This document shows, in pieces, positions 9,477 through 19,849 of a DNA stretch of 47,564 nucleotides. The notes beneath the pieces are model-generated. The model saw only the letters and a list, made by a program, of their open reading frames with translations, had not been told where the DNA came from and searched no databases. The DNA is taken from sequence record KX523699.2; one strand, 5' to 3'. The position numbers were made by a program, and so were the translations under genes. Source of the stretch: Salmonella phage IME207. Each line of letters opens with the position of its first letter. The stretch's first letter is position 1.

Positions 9477-9818
9477 ATGTTCAAATCCGACCTTATCGTC
9501 AAGCTGAACAAAAACTCAACGTGGACGCTAATGGAGCCATTAATCTATGAGTTCAGGCATCAAGAAATAAAAGTGCCAGCTGGGTTTCGTGCTGATTTTG
9601 CCAGTGTCCCGAGGCTTCCAATTTTGTTTGCCTTTATCGGTGATGTAGGGCAGAAAGCGGCAGCAGTTCATGATTATTTGTATGCCACCCATTCAGACAG
9701 GCATTTCGCTGATGATTGCTTCAGGCAAGCTTTGAAGGATAGCGGTGTTTCATCACTGAGAGCTGGCGTTATGTGGCTTGGTGTCAGGATGTTTGGCTGG
9801 ATAAAGTTTAAGGGATGA
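9477..9818 (+). CDS. DUF1353-family protein
   Basis: GFRADFASVP motif, in the typical position just after the spanins. Confidence 0.5.
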   Translation: MFKSDLIVKLNKNSTWTLMEPLIYEFRHQEIKVPAGFRADFASVPRLPILFAFIGDVGQKAAAVHDYLYATHSDRHFADDCFRQALKDSGVSSLRAGVMWLGVRMFGWIKFKG

Positions 9819-9850
9819 AAAAAAGCCCCGTAATGGGGCTTTGTTTTATT
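9819..9850. terminator. bidirectional rho-independent terminator
   Basis: AAAAAAGCCCCGTAATGGGGCTTTGTTTTATT. Confidence 0.75.
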
Positions 9851-10022
9851 GGAGTGATAGATACTTAGCTAACTCCCCATTCTTATCTAGTTTGGCCATC
9901 TCAATAATGTCTTTCCCTGACATACCGGCAGTGTTACGCGCCACCACAACCCCACCCTCTACAGTGAGGCTAACACCAGATGACTGCATTCTTTTGACGA
10001 ATTCCTCAACTTTCTTACTCAT
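9846..10022 (-). CDS. hypothetical protein (58 aa)
   Basis: MSKKVEEFVKRMQSSGVSLTVEGG..., last gene of the antisense six-gene cassette. Its stop lies inside the terminator. Confidence 0.35.
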   Translation of the reverse strand: MSKKVEEFVKRMQSSGVSLTVEGGVVVARNTAGMSGKDIIEMAKLDKNGELAKYLSLQ

Positions 10023-10161
10023 ATAAAGCCCTCATTTTATACCCAAACATAACTGCATTCTGATGCTCAACGCTACCAGCAAACACCAGATAGCGGCGAC
10101 CACGATTATCCGTAACGATGTAGGCAGAAGGCTCACTCTGCTGGCAATGCTGTTGGTTCAT
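10015..10161 (-). CDS. hypothetical protein (48 aa)
   Basis: GAGGAA RBS. ATGAGTAA overlap with the downstream gene. Confidence 0.3.
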   Translation of the reverse strand: MNQQHCQQSEPSAYIVTDNRGRRYLVFAGSVEHQNAVMFGYKMRALYE

Positions 10162-10173
10162 CAACAGATTCCT

Positions 10174-10443
10174 CTACCGCAGTTTCAACGATGCGTACCA
10201 GCGAACACTCAAGATTCGGTGCGTTGTAATTGCCAGCCAAAAAAAAAGAACGCTACCAGTGCTGATTAGCACCTGCTTTGCGTTTGCCTGCGACAGGTTC
10301 TGCACGATGAATTGCGCCGTTTCTGTGCCGATTTTCAGCACTGCGCTGCCGTCGCTGTTCAGTGATACCAGTTGCGCGGAAGTGTCAGCAATATTGGTGA
10401 AGTTCGCGTTTCGTTGCGCGATTGTGATGTCGCAGAATGACAT
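10174..10443 (-). CDS. hypothetical protein; contains a T9 homopolymer in coding sequence
   Basis: AGGAG RBS 7 nt before the ATG. An A9/T9 run at 10238-10246 encodes FFW. Confidence 0.45.
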   Translation of the reverse strand: MSFCDITIAQRNANFTNIADTSAQLVSLNSDGSAVLKIGTETAQFIVQNLSQANAKQVLISTGSVLFFWLAITTHRILSVRWYASLKLR

Positions 10444-10444
10444 T

Positions 10445-10657
10445 TTATGCTCCTGTGTTGAATTTAATTAACCCATTTTCGCTGCGCGTCTGCGTTTCAA
10501 TAGATGCAGTGATTACAGAAATCGCATTTGGCGAAGCGTTAAGATGAAAATTGATTACGCCAGCAACTTGCCGCCCATCCTGATCGACAATCATTGTCCT
10601 GCCATTAACCTGCTCAACATGAAGATACACCATCTTAAGTTCTTTCTGTGTTTGCAT
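10445..10657 (-). CDS. hypothetical protein
   Basis: 70 aa, coupled to the upstream gene. Confidence 0.45.
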   Translation of the reverse strand: MQTQKELKMVYLHVEQVNGRTMIVDQDGRQVAGVINFHLNASPNAISVITASIETQTRSENGLIKFNTGA

Positions 10658-11241
10658 TACTTACTCTCCAGTTCTTTTGCGCGAATTGCGCTGTCAATGA
10701 TGTCCTGTAAATCCTGTTCGCGTGATTTGTGTCCGCGCTCGCCAGCTTGCAACGCCTTTTTAATCAGGTGCTGCAATGCTGGATTGGTGACATTCCACGC
10801 CACGAGCACGTCGTACACATCAACAAATACACCCGGATTAATCTCGTGTAGGTATTTGTTGGCATCCGCTGGTTGTTTGCATTTATTTAACGCCGGATAT
10901 CCTTCAGGTGATGAATCGCCAACAAATGATTTGGTGTTTGCAATAAATCCTCCGCGTTTAACATCAGCTTCCGGTGCGCCAATGCATTCGTTGAGGTCTT
11001 GTTCGTCGCCTGTTACTGGCTCGCGAATACCAACCGAAAACCAATTCTCCTTATTGCCAATGAAATATGCGTTCTTTTTGTTTGGCTCCCACATGGTTGC
11101 ATGAGTTTCCAGTTTTTCGCACCACGCTAAGCGATCATCCATTCTGTGTCGTATTGCTAAGCGCACATTTGCTGGTGCTCCAACAAAATCGCAGGCGCTA
11201 CCTTTAAGCAATCTGTATCTTGTTGTCATTTCCCTCTCCAC
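10657..11241 (-). CDS. hypothetical protein with DUF3310-like C-terminal region
   Basis: C-terminus NPALQHLIKKALQAGERGHKSREQDLQDIIDSAIRA resembles the DUF3310 core motif. The N-terminal ~130 aa are unassigned. Confidence 0.45.
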   Translation of the reverse strand: MEREMTTRYRLLKGSACDFVGAPANVRLAIRHRMDDRLAWCEKLETHATMWEPNKKNAYFIGNKENWFSVGIREPVTGDEQDLNECIGAPEADVKRGGFIANTKSFVGDSSPEGYPALNKCKQPADANKYLHEINPGVFVDVYDVLVAWNVTNPALQHLIKKALQAGERGHKSREQDLQDIIDSAIRAKELESK

Positions 11242-11449
11242 TTAATCATCTCGCGTCGTGGCATTGTGACGCGGTTGTATTCATCAATATCAAAATTCTC
11301 ACGAATCATCTGGTACATCTCATCCTTAGGCATATCAGCCAGCGCCACATAGCAACGGGCAAAGTAGCGAACATCACGGAGTGTCAGCGGCTGCCGCTTC
11401 TCCACAATGCTGGTGATAATGTCCATCGGCTCGCGTCGTGGTCTTGGCA
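11226..11449 (-). CDS. hypothetical protein
   Basis: Internal ATG (MPRPRREP) with AAGGAG RBS. First gene of the cassette. Confidence 0.45.
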
Positions 11450-11454
11450 TATTT

Positions 11455-11545
11455 ACTACTCCTTTTCGAAAATTATTGTTGACCAATCTACATCATTTAG
11501 TCAATACTTATTGACGTAGATTGTACCACAACGGAAAAGGTGATG
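11455..11545. promoter_or_regulatory. divergent promoter region with inverted motif pair
   Basis: TTGACC+AATCTACATCA at 11479-11495 and TTGACGTAGATTG at 11511-11523. The two motifs are in inverted orientation. Confidence 0.45.
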
Positions 11546-11550
11546 TGGAA

Positions 11551-11754
11551 ATGAGCGTAGAAAAAGTAATAACGGAAAGATGCGAGTATTTACGCTCCAT
11601 GCTTGAAGCTCGCGGAGTTAGCACTGAAGACATTGACCTGTGTCTTACGCATCTCACAAACGCGGTCCTTGAAGGTTATCATCAGGGGCAGGTCGATTAC
11701 TCGACTGGGGTGCTGCCTGAACTACTGAGAATGGCAACAGTTGGTAAATTTTAA
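11551..11754 (+). CDS. hypothetical protein
   Basis: Internal ATG (MSVEKVI) with AAGGTGA RBS. Confidence 0.4.
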   Translation: MSVEKVITERCEYLRSMLEARGVSTEDIDLCLTHLTNAVLEGYHQGQVDYSTGVLPELLRMATVGKF

Positions 11755-11764
11755 GGAACACACA

Positions 11765-11959
11765 ATGACAACTGATGAACTGCACGAAGAATCGTTAATC
11801 CAGCGACTGAATGAAGTTGAGCGCACTCGTGAATGGCTGGAATGCGAACTGCGAGAGGTGCGAAACCGCCTGCAACGCAAGCGTAGCCAGCAGAAAGACG
11901 TTATCGACTGGTCTGGCGATGCGCCTAAATTTAACAACATTGGAGAATGGTTGAAATGA
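11765..11959 (+). CDS. hypothetical coiled-coil protein
   Basis: AAGGAA RBS. MTTDELHEESLIQRLNEVERTREWLECELREVRNRLQRKR. Confidence 0.4.
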   Translation: MTTDELHEESLIQRLNEVERTREWLECELREVRNRLQRKRSQQKDVIDWSGDAPKFNNIGEWLK

Positions 11960-12177
11960 GAAAGCTCAGCACGATACACGAATTGGCTTTAGCTGACATT
12001 CGTGAGTTAAATGCCAGAAGCAAGAAGCACAGAAATCAGCGGAAAAGTTATGCTACTCGCGACTTTATCAAGCAGATTTCACAGAACAACAAACGAAACA
12101 GTTATAGACGCGATAGGGTTTTGTTGAGGCTCTGTGATTTAAACATGAATAAGATACTTAAGGATATGACAAAATGA
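11956..12177 (+). CDS. hypothetical highly basic protein
   Basis: GGAG RBS. Arg/Lys-rich, 73 aa. Confidence 0.4.
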   Translation: MRKLSTIHELALADIRELNARSKKHRNQRKSYATRDFIKQISQNNKRNSYRRDRVLLRLCDLNMNKILKDMTK

Positions 12178-12422
12178 GCGCACCACATATGCCAATGATG
12201 AATGATGAAGGATTGCTGGAGTGCCCATTCTGTGGGAGCGGCGAGACGACAATGGATAGAGAGGGTGGATTATCGCAAATTGTTTGCTTGCGGTGTGCCA
12301 TTGCAACTGATTTATATCAACAGGAATCATTCATAATTAAAAAATGGAATACCCGCAACGGACACCTCTACACAGCCGACGACTTCAATCATGCAGCAAA
12401 GGAACGCGATTATGGATTATAA
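12174..12422 (+). CDS. Lar-family restriction alleviation protein
   Basis: LECPFCGSGETT...VCLRCAIATD...IIKKWNTR matches the Lar signature CPFCG...C..C...WN.R. Confidence 0.6.
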   Translation: MSAPHMPMMNDEGLLECPFCGSGETTMDREGGLSQIVCLRCAIATDLYQQESFIIKKWNTRNGHLYTADDFNHAAKERDYGL

Positions 12423-12432
12423 ATCACAAATC

Positions 12433-12887
12433 ATGCGCGTGATTATCAATCATCCTGGTGCAACTCGCGCATACATTGAGAAGCATTGCGGCGGAAAACA
12501 TTCAAGCACTACAACGCATCGTTTGCATGAGATGCTTGCTCTTGCTTCATTCGCCGTGAGAAGTCAGTGATTCGTGGTGGCAAGTGGCAGTATAAATATT
12601 TCATCTCTGATGATGCGGCTGGCATTGATGATGCGATTAAGTGTCACCTGCTTGATAATGCTGGCGCGGAAGTGAAAGAAATCAGCGCCACCACTGGTAT
12701 TGATTATCGCATCGTGAAAAGCCGCATCCGCATTATGTTTCATAACGGCGATGTAACGAGAAGCTATGACCACCACAAGAAGCTGTGGCGTTACTCATGG
12801 CTGGAGCAGGAAGTAAGCGTCAGCAATTTGTTCAACTCACTTCTTCGCAACGCAAGAGGTCATCATGGGAAAAGCCAAGCGCAATAA
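12433..12887 (+). pseudogene. winged-helix DNA-binding protein interrupted by a 1-nt frameshift near 12546-12570
   Basis: ORF 12433-12570 (MRVIINHPGATRAYIEKHCGG...HRLHEMLALASFAVRSQ*) is followed by ORF 12567-12887, which starts at GTG with no RBS. A -1 join gives ...HEMLALASF-IRREKSVIRGGKWQYKY, a typical recognition-helix-plus-wing. Confidence 0.4.
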
Positions 12888-13041
12888 GCAAGAGTATGAG
12901 CCACTGCCACCATGCGAAATGTCGGGAATTCCGCAGCAGGAGGATGTGATTCTCACCGAAGCTGAGTGGCGCAAGGTGGCGAGGGTGCAAATTATGTTTC
13001 GCAAACTTGCTGAGGAAGTACTAAATGAGATGGGCTATTAA
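12865..13041 (+). CDS. hypothetical protein (58 aa)
   Basis: AAGAGG RBS. Not in the ORF track because it is under 60 aa. Confidence 0.35.
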   Translation: MGKAKRNKQEYEPLPPCEMSGIPQQEDVILTEAEWRKVARVQIMFRKLAEEVLNEMGY

Positions 13042-13270
13042 GCATAAATCTGGCAGAACTCTGTTTGTAACATCGGATGAGTTTATTGCCGATAACCGTA
13101 GAAAGATGGGCTGGATAGTGGAGGAAGTTAAATGTGACCACGAGTGGGTCAGTAGCGGAGGATGGCCTTACATTCATTATACTTGCATGTGGTGTGACGA
13201 GCATGGATGGACTGTAAATTTAGAAGGCGATGATGAGGATTTAGAAGATGACGAGCAGAGAGCAGTTTGA
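13025..13270 (+). CDS. hypothetical Cys/His-containing protein
   Basis: 81 aa with an acidic C-terminus. Confidence 0.4.
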   Translation: MRWAIKHKSGRTLFVTSDEFIADNRRKMGWIVEEVKCDHEWVSSGGWPYIHYTCMWCDEHGWTVNLEGDDEDLEDDEQRAV

Positions 13271-13544
13271 AGAAGAAATGAGTGACAAGTATGAGTGGTT
13301 CAGCGATGCGATCGCTTGCGCTGATTTTTGCGGTGACGATGATGATGGCTACTATGTTGGCGGTGATTATCTATATTATGGGAAATCATGCTCAGAGGCT
13401 CTGTTCTGGTTGTGGCGAGGATGGCAGGCATCGCGCGCGGCGATTCATATTCAAGCGTGCCCCTACCCAAACGATCATGGGCCACATGTTGATGACTATT
13501 ATCTCGCGCAAATTAATAATGCAGGCTTAAAGGTGAAAAAATGA
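13248..13544 (+). CDS. hypothetical protein
   Basis: 98-aa ORF. Confidence 0.4.
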   Translation: MTSREQFEEEMSDKYEWFSDAIACADFCGDDDDGYYVGGDYLYYGKSCSEALFWLWRGWQASRAAIHIQACPYPNDHGPHVDDYYLAQINNAGLKVKK

Positions 13545-13867
13545 TTATCCAACTAAACGACATTATGAAAGCAGACATCATTCAGCTTGAAGATTATGAC
13601 GTGCAACTGGCATTTGAAATCGAAACAGTTGAGCGCCAACTGCAATATGCTGACAAGAAGAACGACCGCGTCTGGCATGAGAAAGCACTTAAGGCTCGCG
13701 ACCACATGAAGCGCACGCGAGCACTTATTAAAACTCGTCTGGATAAACTTTATTTTGGCGAGGAAAGGATGATTCACGGAGCTATTCTGGCGCAAATCCG
13801 TAAGGAAATGCCTATTGGCAAGTTCATGTCTTACGTTCACCGCGCAAAACAGGAGGCTGGGTTATGA
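13541..13867 (+). CDS. hypothetical protein
   Basis: 108 aa. ATGA coupling. Confidence 0.4.
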   Translation: MIIQLNDIMKADIIQLEDYDVQLAFEIETVERQLQYADKKNDRVWHEKALKARDHMKRTRALIKTRLDKLYFGEERMIHGAILAQIRKEMPIGKFMSYVHRAKQEAGL

Positions 13868-14052
13868 GCGGTCCAAAATTTCCAGAGTTGCCTGTTGAGG
13901 TTCAGGTTGCATTGATTAATGCAGCAAGTTCAATGGCGACAAAAAAGATTGAGGCGATAGGCAGCGATTACAACAGGAACATAGACTGGTTTCAGAGGGA
14001 GTATCAAAAAATCTGCGACGCACTCTACAAAGAAAACAGAGGTAGATTATGA
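13864..14052 (+). CDS. hypothetical protein
   Basis: 62 aa. ATGA coupling. Confidence 0.4.
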   Translation: MSGPKFPELPVEVQVALINAASSMATKKIEAIGSDYNRNIDWFQREYQKICDALYKENRGRL

Positions 14053-14194
14053 CTCCATTACTGTGGATATTATCAGCCTACGCATTCGCAAGGGTATTTG
14101 AGGATGATACTCTGTACCAGATGATTTGTTATGGCGCACTGTTCTGCCTTTCAGGTGCTGCGATCGCATTCATGGTTGATGTGATTTCAGACTA
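14048..14194 (+). CDS. hypothetical small membrane protein (48 aa)
   Basis: Hydrophobic. ATGA coupling. Confidence 0.25.
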
Positions 14195-14250
14195 ACACCG
14201 TATATCTTTTGTTCATCATGGGCTGCTATCATTTAATCAGGAGGTAGCCC

Positions 14251-14373
14251 ATGAATATAATCCCTATCACTTACTTTCTCACGCTATACGCGCTCACAGA
14301 CTCACCATTGTTTGCACTGGCTACCGCCTCATGGTGCTACATCTCCCTGTGTTATAATTCGACCACAAACTAA
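14251..14373 (+). CDS. hypothetical small membrane protein (40 aa)
   Basis: Strong AGGAGG RBS 7 nt upstream. Confidence 0.3.
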   Translation: MNIIPITYFLTLYALTDSPLFALATASWCYISLCYNSTTN

Positions 14374-14389
14374 CCGTGGAGAGTTAACC

Positions 14390-16269
<1,880 letters not shown>

Positions 16270-16271
16270 TA

Positions 16272-17360
16272 ATGGAAAAGATTATTTTTACCAAAGACCT
16301 GGTAGCCAACTCCGCAGTGGTGGCTGACCAGTGGAAACATCTCACTATCGACCGCAAGGTGTTCTGCAATGCAGAAGCTGAACTGGCGAAAACCTACGGT
16401 GTGAACGCCACCGCACTGGTAACGAAAGATTACTGGCGCGACGTGGATAATGTTACCACCCGCGTTTTCCGCAACGAGGCTGGTCAGGACATGATGGCTG
16501 ACCTGATGGGTATCGCGGCAAACATCAACATTGGCAAGACTGTAGCAATCAGCCGCATTGCTTCCGATGCTGGCAAGGTCGTTCGCACTCTGTCTGGTCA
16601 GGAGCCGGAAGATTTGGATAAAACTCGCTACGATTACACTGGCGACGTGATTCCAATCTTCAAAACTGGCTACAGCCGCGAATGGCGCGAACTGCTGGGT
16701 ATGCAGTCTGAAGGTTTCGACCCACTGCTGGACGATCAGGCTAACGTCACCTTTAATCTGCGTTCCGATATGGCGCAGTACCTGCTGACTGGCGACCAGA
16801 CTCTGAACGTGAACGGCGTTTACACTGGCTACGGTATCACCAACCACCCGAACACTATTCAGGTTAACCTGAATGCTTCCGGCGGCCTGAATGCTTCCGG
16901 CGGCCTGAATATCGACCTGCAAACCGCAACGCCAGATAAAATCGTGACCTTCTTCAATCAGGACTTCCAGGCTATTCTGGATGCGCAGAACGTATTTGAG
17001 CAGGTGACTCTGTGGGTTTCCCCGGCAGTGCGTCGCAGCTTCATGCGTCCGTATTCTGATGCGGCAGGCTTCAAAGGCGGCACGGTTGAGCAGTACATCA
17101 CGCAGTTCGGTAACGGTCGCATCGGCAAGATTGGCACCAACTTCCTGCTGACCGGCAACCATTTTGTTGGCTATGTTCGCAACGACATGTACATCCGTCC
17201 GCGTGTTGCTCAACCTGTTTCCACCTATGCGGCTGCCCGTGACAATCCGCACGATAACTTTAACTTCCTCGTGTGGTCTGCTATGGGGCTTCAGGTGCGC
17301 AAGGATTTCTCCGGTAAGTCCAAGGTGTTCAACGGCTACGGTACGCAAACTCCGCAGTAA
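16272..17360 (+). CDS. major capsid protein
   Basis: 362 aa, followed by a strong terminator, and in the expected position after protease/scaffold. Confidence 0.7.
   Translation: MEKIIFTKDLVANSAVVADQWKHLTIDRKVFCNAEAELAKTYGVNATALVTKDYWRDVDNVTTRVFRNEAGQDMMADLMGIAANINIGKTVAISRIASDAGKVVRTLSGQEPEDLDKTRYDYTGDVIPIFKTGYSREWRELLGMQSEGFDPLLDDQANVTFNLRSDMAQYLLTGDQTLNVNGVYTGYGITNHPNTIQVNLNASGGLNASGGLNIDLQTATPDKIVTFFNQDFQAILDAQNVFEQVTLWVSPAVRRSFMRPYSDAAGFKGGTVEQYITQFGNGRIGKIGTNFLLTGNHFVGYVRNDMYIRPRVAQPVSTYAAARDNPHDNFNFLVWSAMGLQVRKDFSGKSKVFNGYGTQTPQ
16869..16910 (+). repeat. 18-bp perfect tandem duplication (2.3 copies) inside the capsid gene
   Basis: CTGAATGCTTCCGGCGGC x2 encodes NASGGLNASGGLN. Confidence 0.8.
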
Positions 17361-17361
17361 T

Positions 17362-17394
17362 AAAAAAGGGGGCTTCGCCCCCTTTGTGAATTTG
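17362..17394 (+). terminator. rho-independent terminator
   Basis: AAAAAAGGGGGCTTCGCCCCCTTTGTG. Confidence 0.75.
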
Positions 17395-17403
17395 AGGTGA
17401 ATA

Positions 17404-17601
17404 ATGGCTAAGTACGAAGTGATCGCACGCGGAATCTTTGTTAAGGAGAAAGGCAAGATTCGTGAATTGCAGCTTGGCGAGGTGATTACCGAACCAGCTG
17501 ATCATCTGATGTCAAAGCTGCGCGTCATGCCAGAACTGGAAAAATCTTTCGAAGTCGCAACCCCGCAAGAAAAGACGACAAAGAAAAAGAAAGCAGAGTA
17601 A
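17404..17601 (+). CDS. hypothetical protein with Lys-rich tail
   Basis: 65 aa, flanked by two terminators. Confidence 0.4.
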   Translation: MAKYEVIARGIFVKEKGKIRELQLGEVITEPADHLMSKLRVMPELEKSFEVATPQEKTTKKKKAE

Positions 17602-17605
17602 ACTG

Positions 17606-17632
17606 AACCCGCATCATGCGGGTTTTTTATTG
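17606..17632 (+). terminator. rho-independent terminator
   Basis: AACCCGCATCATGCGGGTTTTTTAT. Confidence 0.7.
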
Positions 17633-17641
17633 GGGGTTTCT

Positions 17642-18490
17642 ATGGCTGTAAGATACGACATATTCACCACGCGCGAAGATGGCGAGGTGATGCTTGATGA
17701 GTTGATGTCCGCTGACTGGACGGCGCTACAGGTTAACGTGATGCCGCTTAATTCATCTGGCGCATACACGCCGTTGGTGAGCGGAACCGTGTCCGTGAAG
17801 GTGTCGCCATTTGAGTCTGGCAACTACTGGATTGACGTCAACAATAATAATTATTACGGCGTAGCGCTGCGCCTGAAGATAATCAAAACTGAATTGCCAG
17901 CGGCAGTAAACTCGCTGCGCGTTTCGGTGTGGCGAGCTGGCGTGTCTCCGCAATCGGTGGTAAACCTTCAGCCAGATGTTGCGCTAAGCGACATCACCAC
18001 GCAGTCATATATTGAACGCGCCAATAAGCAAGGCAAGCTGTTCACTGCGTCGCGCAGAGTAACTGATGTCGCTGGCAGCTCAAACCTTGACAGCATCTTT
18101 ATCACCGGAACAAAGCAGGTGATATTCAACCAGCGCATTATTGGTTATACGGGGAAAGGTGTTGTTGCATCAATCTATCGCGGCGCGGTTGCCACTGGCG
18201 GTACGGCGGCAGAGATTAACAACCCAAACGACATAACGCCGCAGGCAGCTACGGCGCAGCTTCTGACTGGCTCTACAATCACAAGTATTGGGCAGCTGAC
18301 GGTGGCGGCGACGTATAGTGAAGGGAACGCATCAAATCAGGGGCAGGGTAACTCTCAGGCTCGATTAGGTGAGCAAATTATCATGGCACCAAATACGACG
18401 TATCTGCTTCGCATAACATCACTGGATACTGCGGTGCAGAATATCAATGCGTATGTGTCATGGTTTGAGGATGATACTTATCTTGCGTGA
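17642..18490 (+). CDS. hypothetical structural-type protein on its own transcription unit
   Basis: 282 aa. GGGGG RBS. Terminators on both sides. Confidence 0.4.
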   Translation: MAVRYDIFTTREDGEVMLDELMSADWTALQVNVMPLNSSGAYTPLVSGTVSVKVSPFESGNYWIDVNNNNYYGVALRLKIIKTELPAAVNSLRVSVWRAGVSPQSVVNLQPDVALSDITTQSYIERANKQGKLFTASRRVTDVAGSSNLDSIFITGTKQVIFNQRIIGYTGKGVVASIYRGAVATGGTAAEINNPNDITPQAATAQLLTGSTITSIGQLTVAATYSEGNASNQGQGNSQARLGEQIIMAPNTTYLLRITSLDTAVQNINAYVSWFEDDTYLA

Positions 18491-18492
18491 TA

Positions 18493-18524
18493 AAAGGAAA
18501 GCCCCGTCAAGGGGCTTTGGTTTA
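18493..18524. terminator. bidirectional rho-independent terminator
   Basis: AAAGGAAAGCCCCGTCAAGGGGCTTTGGTTT. Confidence 0.7.
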
Positions 18525-18704
18525 CTGACGATCTGGGTCTGCATAGAAGTTAACTAACTTAATGAAATCTCGTTTTCCGCTATGGTTTAAATAAAAACCA
18601 GCAATTTCATTAAACGCTTCGTTTGCCGCCCTTACACTGCAACCCATATTTAAAGCATCACGCGCAGCGATGGCAGCTAGCTTTGTTTTCTCTTTGATGT
18701 CCAT
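18522..18704 (-). CDS. hypothetical protein
   Basis: 60 aa, last gene of the antisense cluster. Confidence 0.4.
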   Translation of the reverse strand: MDIKEKTKLAAIAARDALNMGCSVRAANEAFNEIAGFYLNHSGKRDFIKLVNFYADPDRQ

Positions 18705-19243
18705 TAATTAATCCTCATCGGCATAACAACAATCTTCGCAGTCTCGCCAGATGGCGAATTAAGACAACAAACTGCGGCATTTGTGTTTCCGTTTAGTTCA
18801 AACTTAACGCTGCAGAATTTAGGATTGAACAGCTTCGCAGCTTTCTCGATATTCACAAGATAACCAGCATTGAAACCAATTTCCTCTGCTGCTTTCGTTT
18901 CTTTTGGTATCACGCGATCAATATCAGGGAACCGACCGTTAATCTCTTCGCAGATACCAGCGCCAACCATCACGCCAGCTTCATCATGATATGTTGCTAT
19001 TTTCGACTTGGTATCAATGATGGCGTAGTCATAGCGTTTTGTTGGAGATTTGCCAATCTTGATAATCACATTTTCTGTCAGCGTATTGTCATGGCTTCCA
19101 CCAATGAATGCGCGATGACCGTCAGTTGATGCAATGCGACCATCTGGCATAAAGCAGATACCGTTCAGGTAATATCGCACATCATTGCGAGCCTGAAATA
19201 TTAATGCTGATTCAAGTAATAGTTTGTTGATTTTTAGTTTCAT
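18704..19243 (-). CDS. hypothetical protein with beta-clamp-like motif
   Basis: ASTDGHRAF resembles the ATDGHRLA motif of DnaN, and the N-terminal pattern is similar. This is a weak call. Confidence 0.4.
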   Translation of the reverse strand: MKLKINKLLLESALIFQARNDVRYYLNGICFMPDGRIASTDGHRAFIGGSHDNTLTENVIIKIGKSPTKRYDYAIIDTKSKIATYHDEAGVMVGAGICEEINGRFPDIDRVIPKETKAAEEIGFNAGYLVNIEKAAKLFNPKFCSVKFELNGNTNAAVCCLNSPSGETAKIVVMPMRIN

Positions 19244-19464
19244 TCAATCACCTCAATACAGGATAATTTATCAGGAATAACTGCGTATGCGTAATGCTCA
19301 GGGAAATCACCTCCGCAACAATTACAGTGGCCTGATTGTCTGTTTTGCTCACCAATAGCAGCCAAAGTGCCATCGTTACAAATTAAAATTACATCGCCAA
19401 TTATCTCACCCCATTCATTGGTTGGTGCTTTCCCTTGTTTTACGTCGATAACCAGTTTCATCAC
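19240..19464 (-). CDS. hypothetical Cys-rich protein
   Basis: Contains GHCNCCGG. Confidence 0.4.
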   Translation of the reverse strand: MMKLVIDVKQGKAPTNEWGEIIGDVILICNDGTLAAIGEQNRQSGHCNCCGGDFPEHYAYAVIPDKLSCIEVIE

Positions 19465-19634
19465 TTCACCTTAATCATATGCTGTTTTGCAACCTTCATG
19501 CATTCCTCAAAAATGCCACCCTTCTTTGCGCTCTGATTGCGCTTGTAATACTGGATTGCCGCATCAATTGCCATTTGGTCGATGTCTGGCAGCTTGGAGC
19601 GAAGTTGTTTTTCGATGAATTGTTCTGTTGTCAT
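19461..19634 (-). CDS. hypothetical protein (57 aa)
   Basis: Hand-translated MTTEQFIEKQLRSKLPDIDQMAID.... ATGA coupling on both sides. Confidence 0.3.
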   Translation of the reverse strand: MTTEQFIEKQLRSKLPDIDQMAIDAAIQYYKRNQSAKKGGIFEECMKVAKQHMIKVK

Positions 19635-19849
19635 TGACTTATCCTTGTGTCGAATTGAGATTTGTAAAACAAATCAATACTTCCAAATACTTTGTATTCA
19701 AATTTCCCATTCTCGCGGCAAACCCACTTCTCAAACCCATAATTGTCATTATTTGCCGTCCATGTTGTCACAGAGAAAAAACCACTAGCCTGGACTATTG
19801 CGCCATTACCATCCATGTCGCCGAACTTTATAATTTTGTAACGCATCAC
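19631..19849 (-). CDS. hypothetical protein
   Basis: 72-aa ORF. Confidence 0.4.
   Translation of the reverse strand: MMRYKIIKFGDMDGNGAIVQASGFFSVTTWTANNDNYGFEKWVCRENGKFEYKVFGSIDLFYKSQFDTRISQ

Noticed and set aside
10025-10246. Possible programmed frameshift extension of the 89-aa ORF at the T9 run
   Set aside because: The 10-T frame would open ~45 extra codons, but that frame overlaps and conflicts with a separately initiated 48-aa ORF carrying its own RBS. Kept only as a slippage-prone site, not as a called feature.
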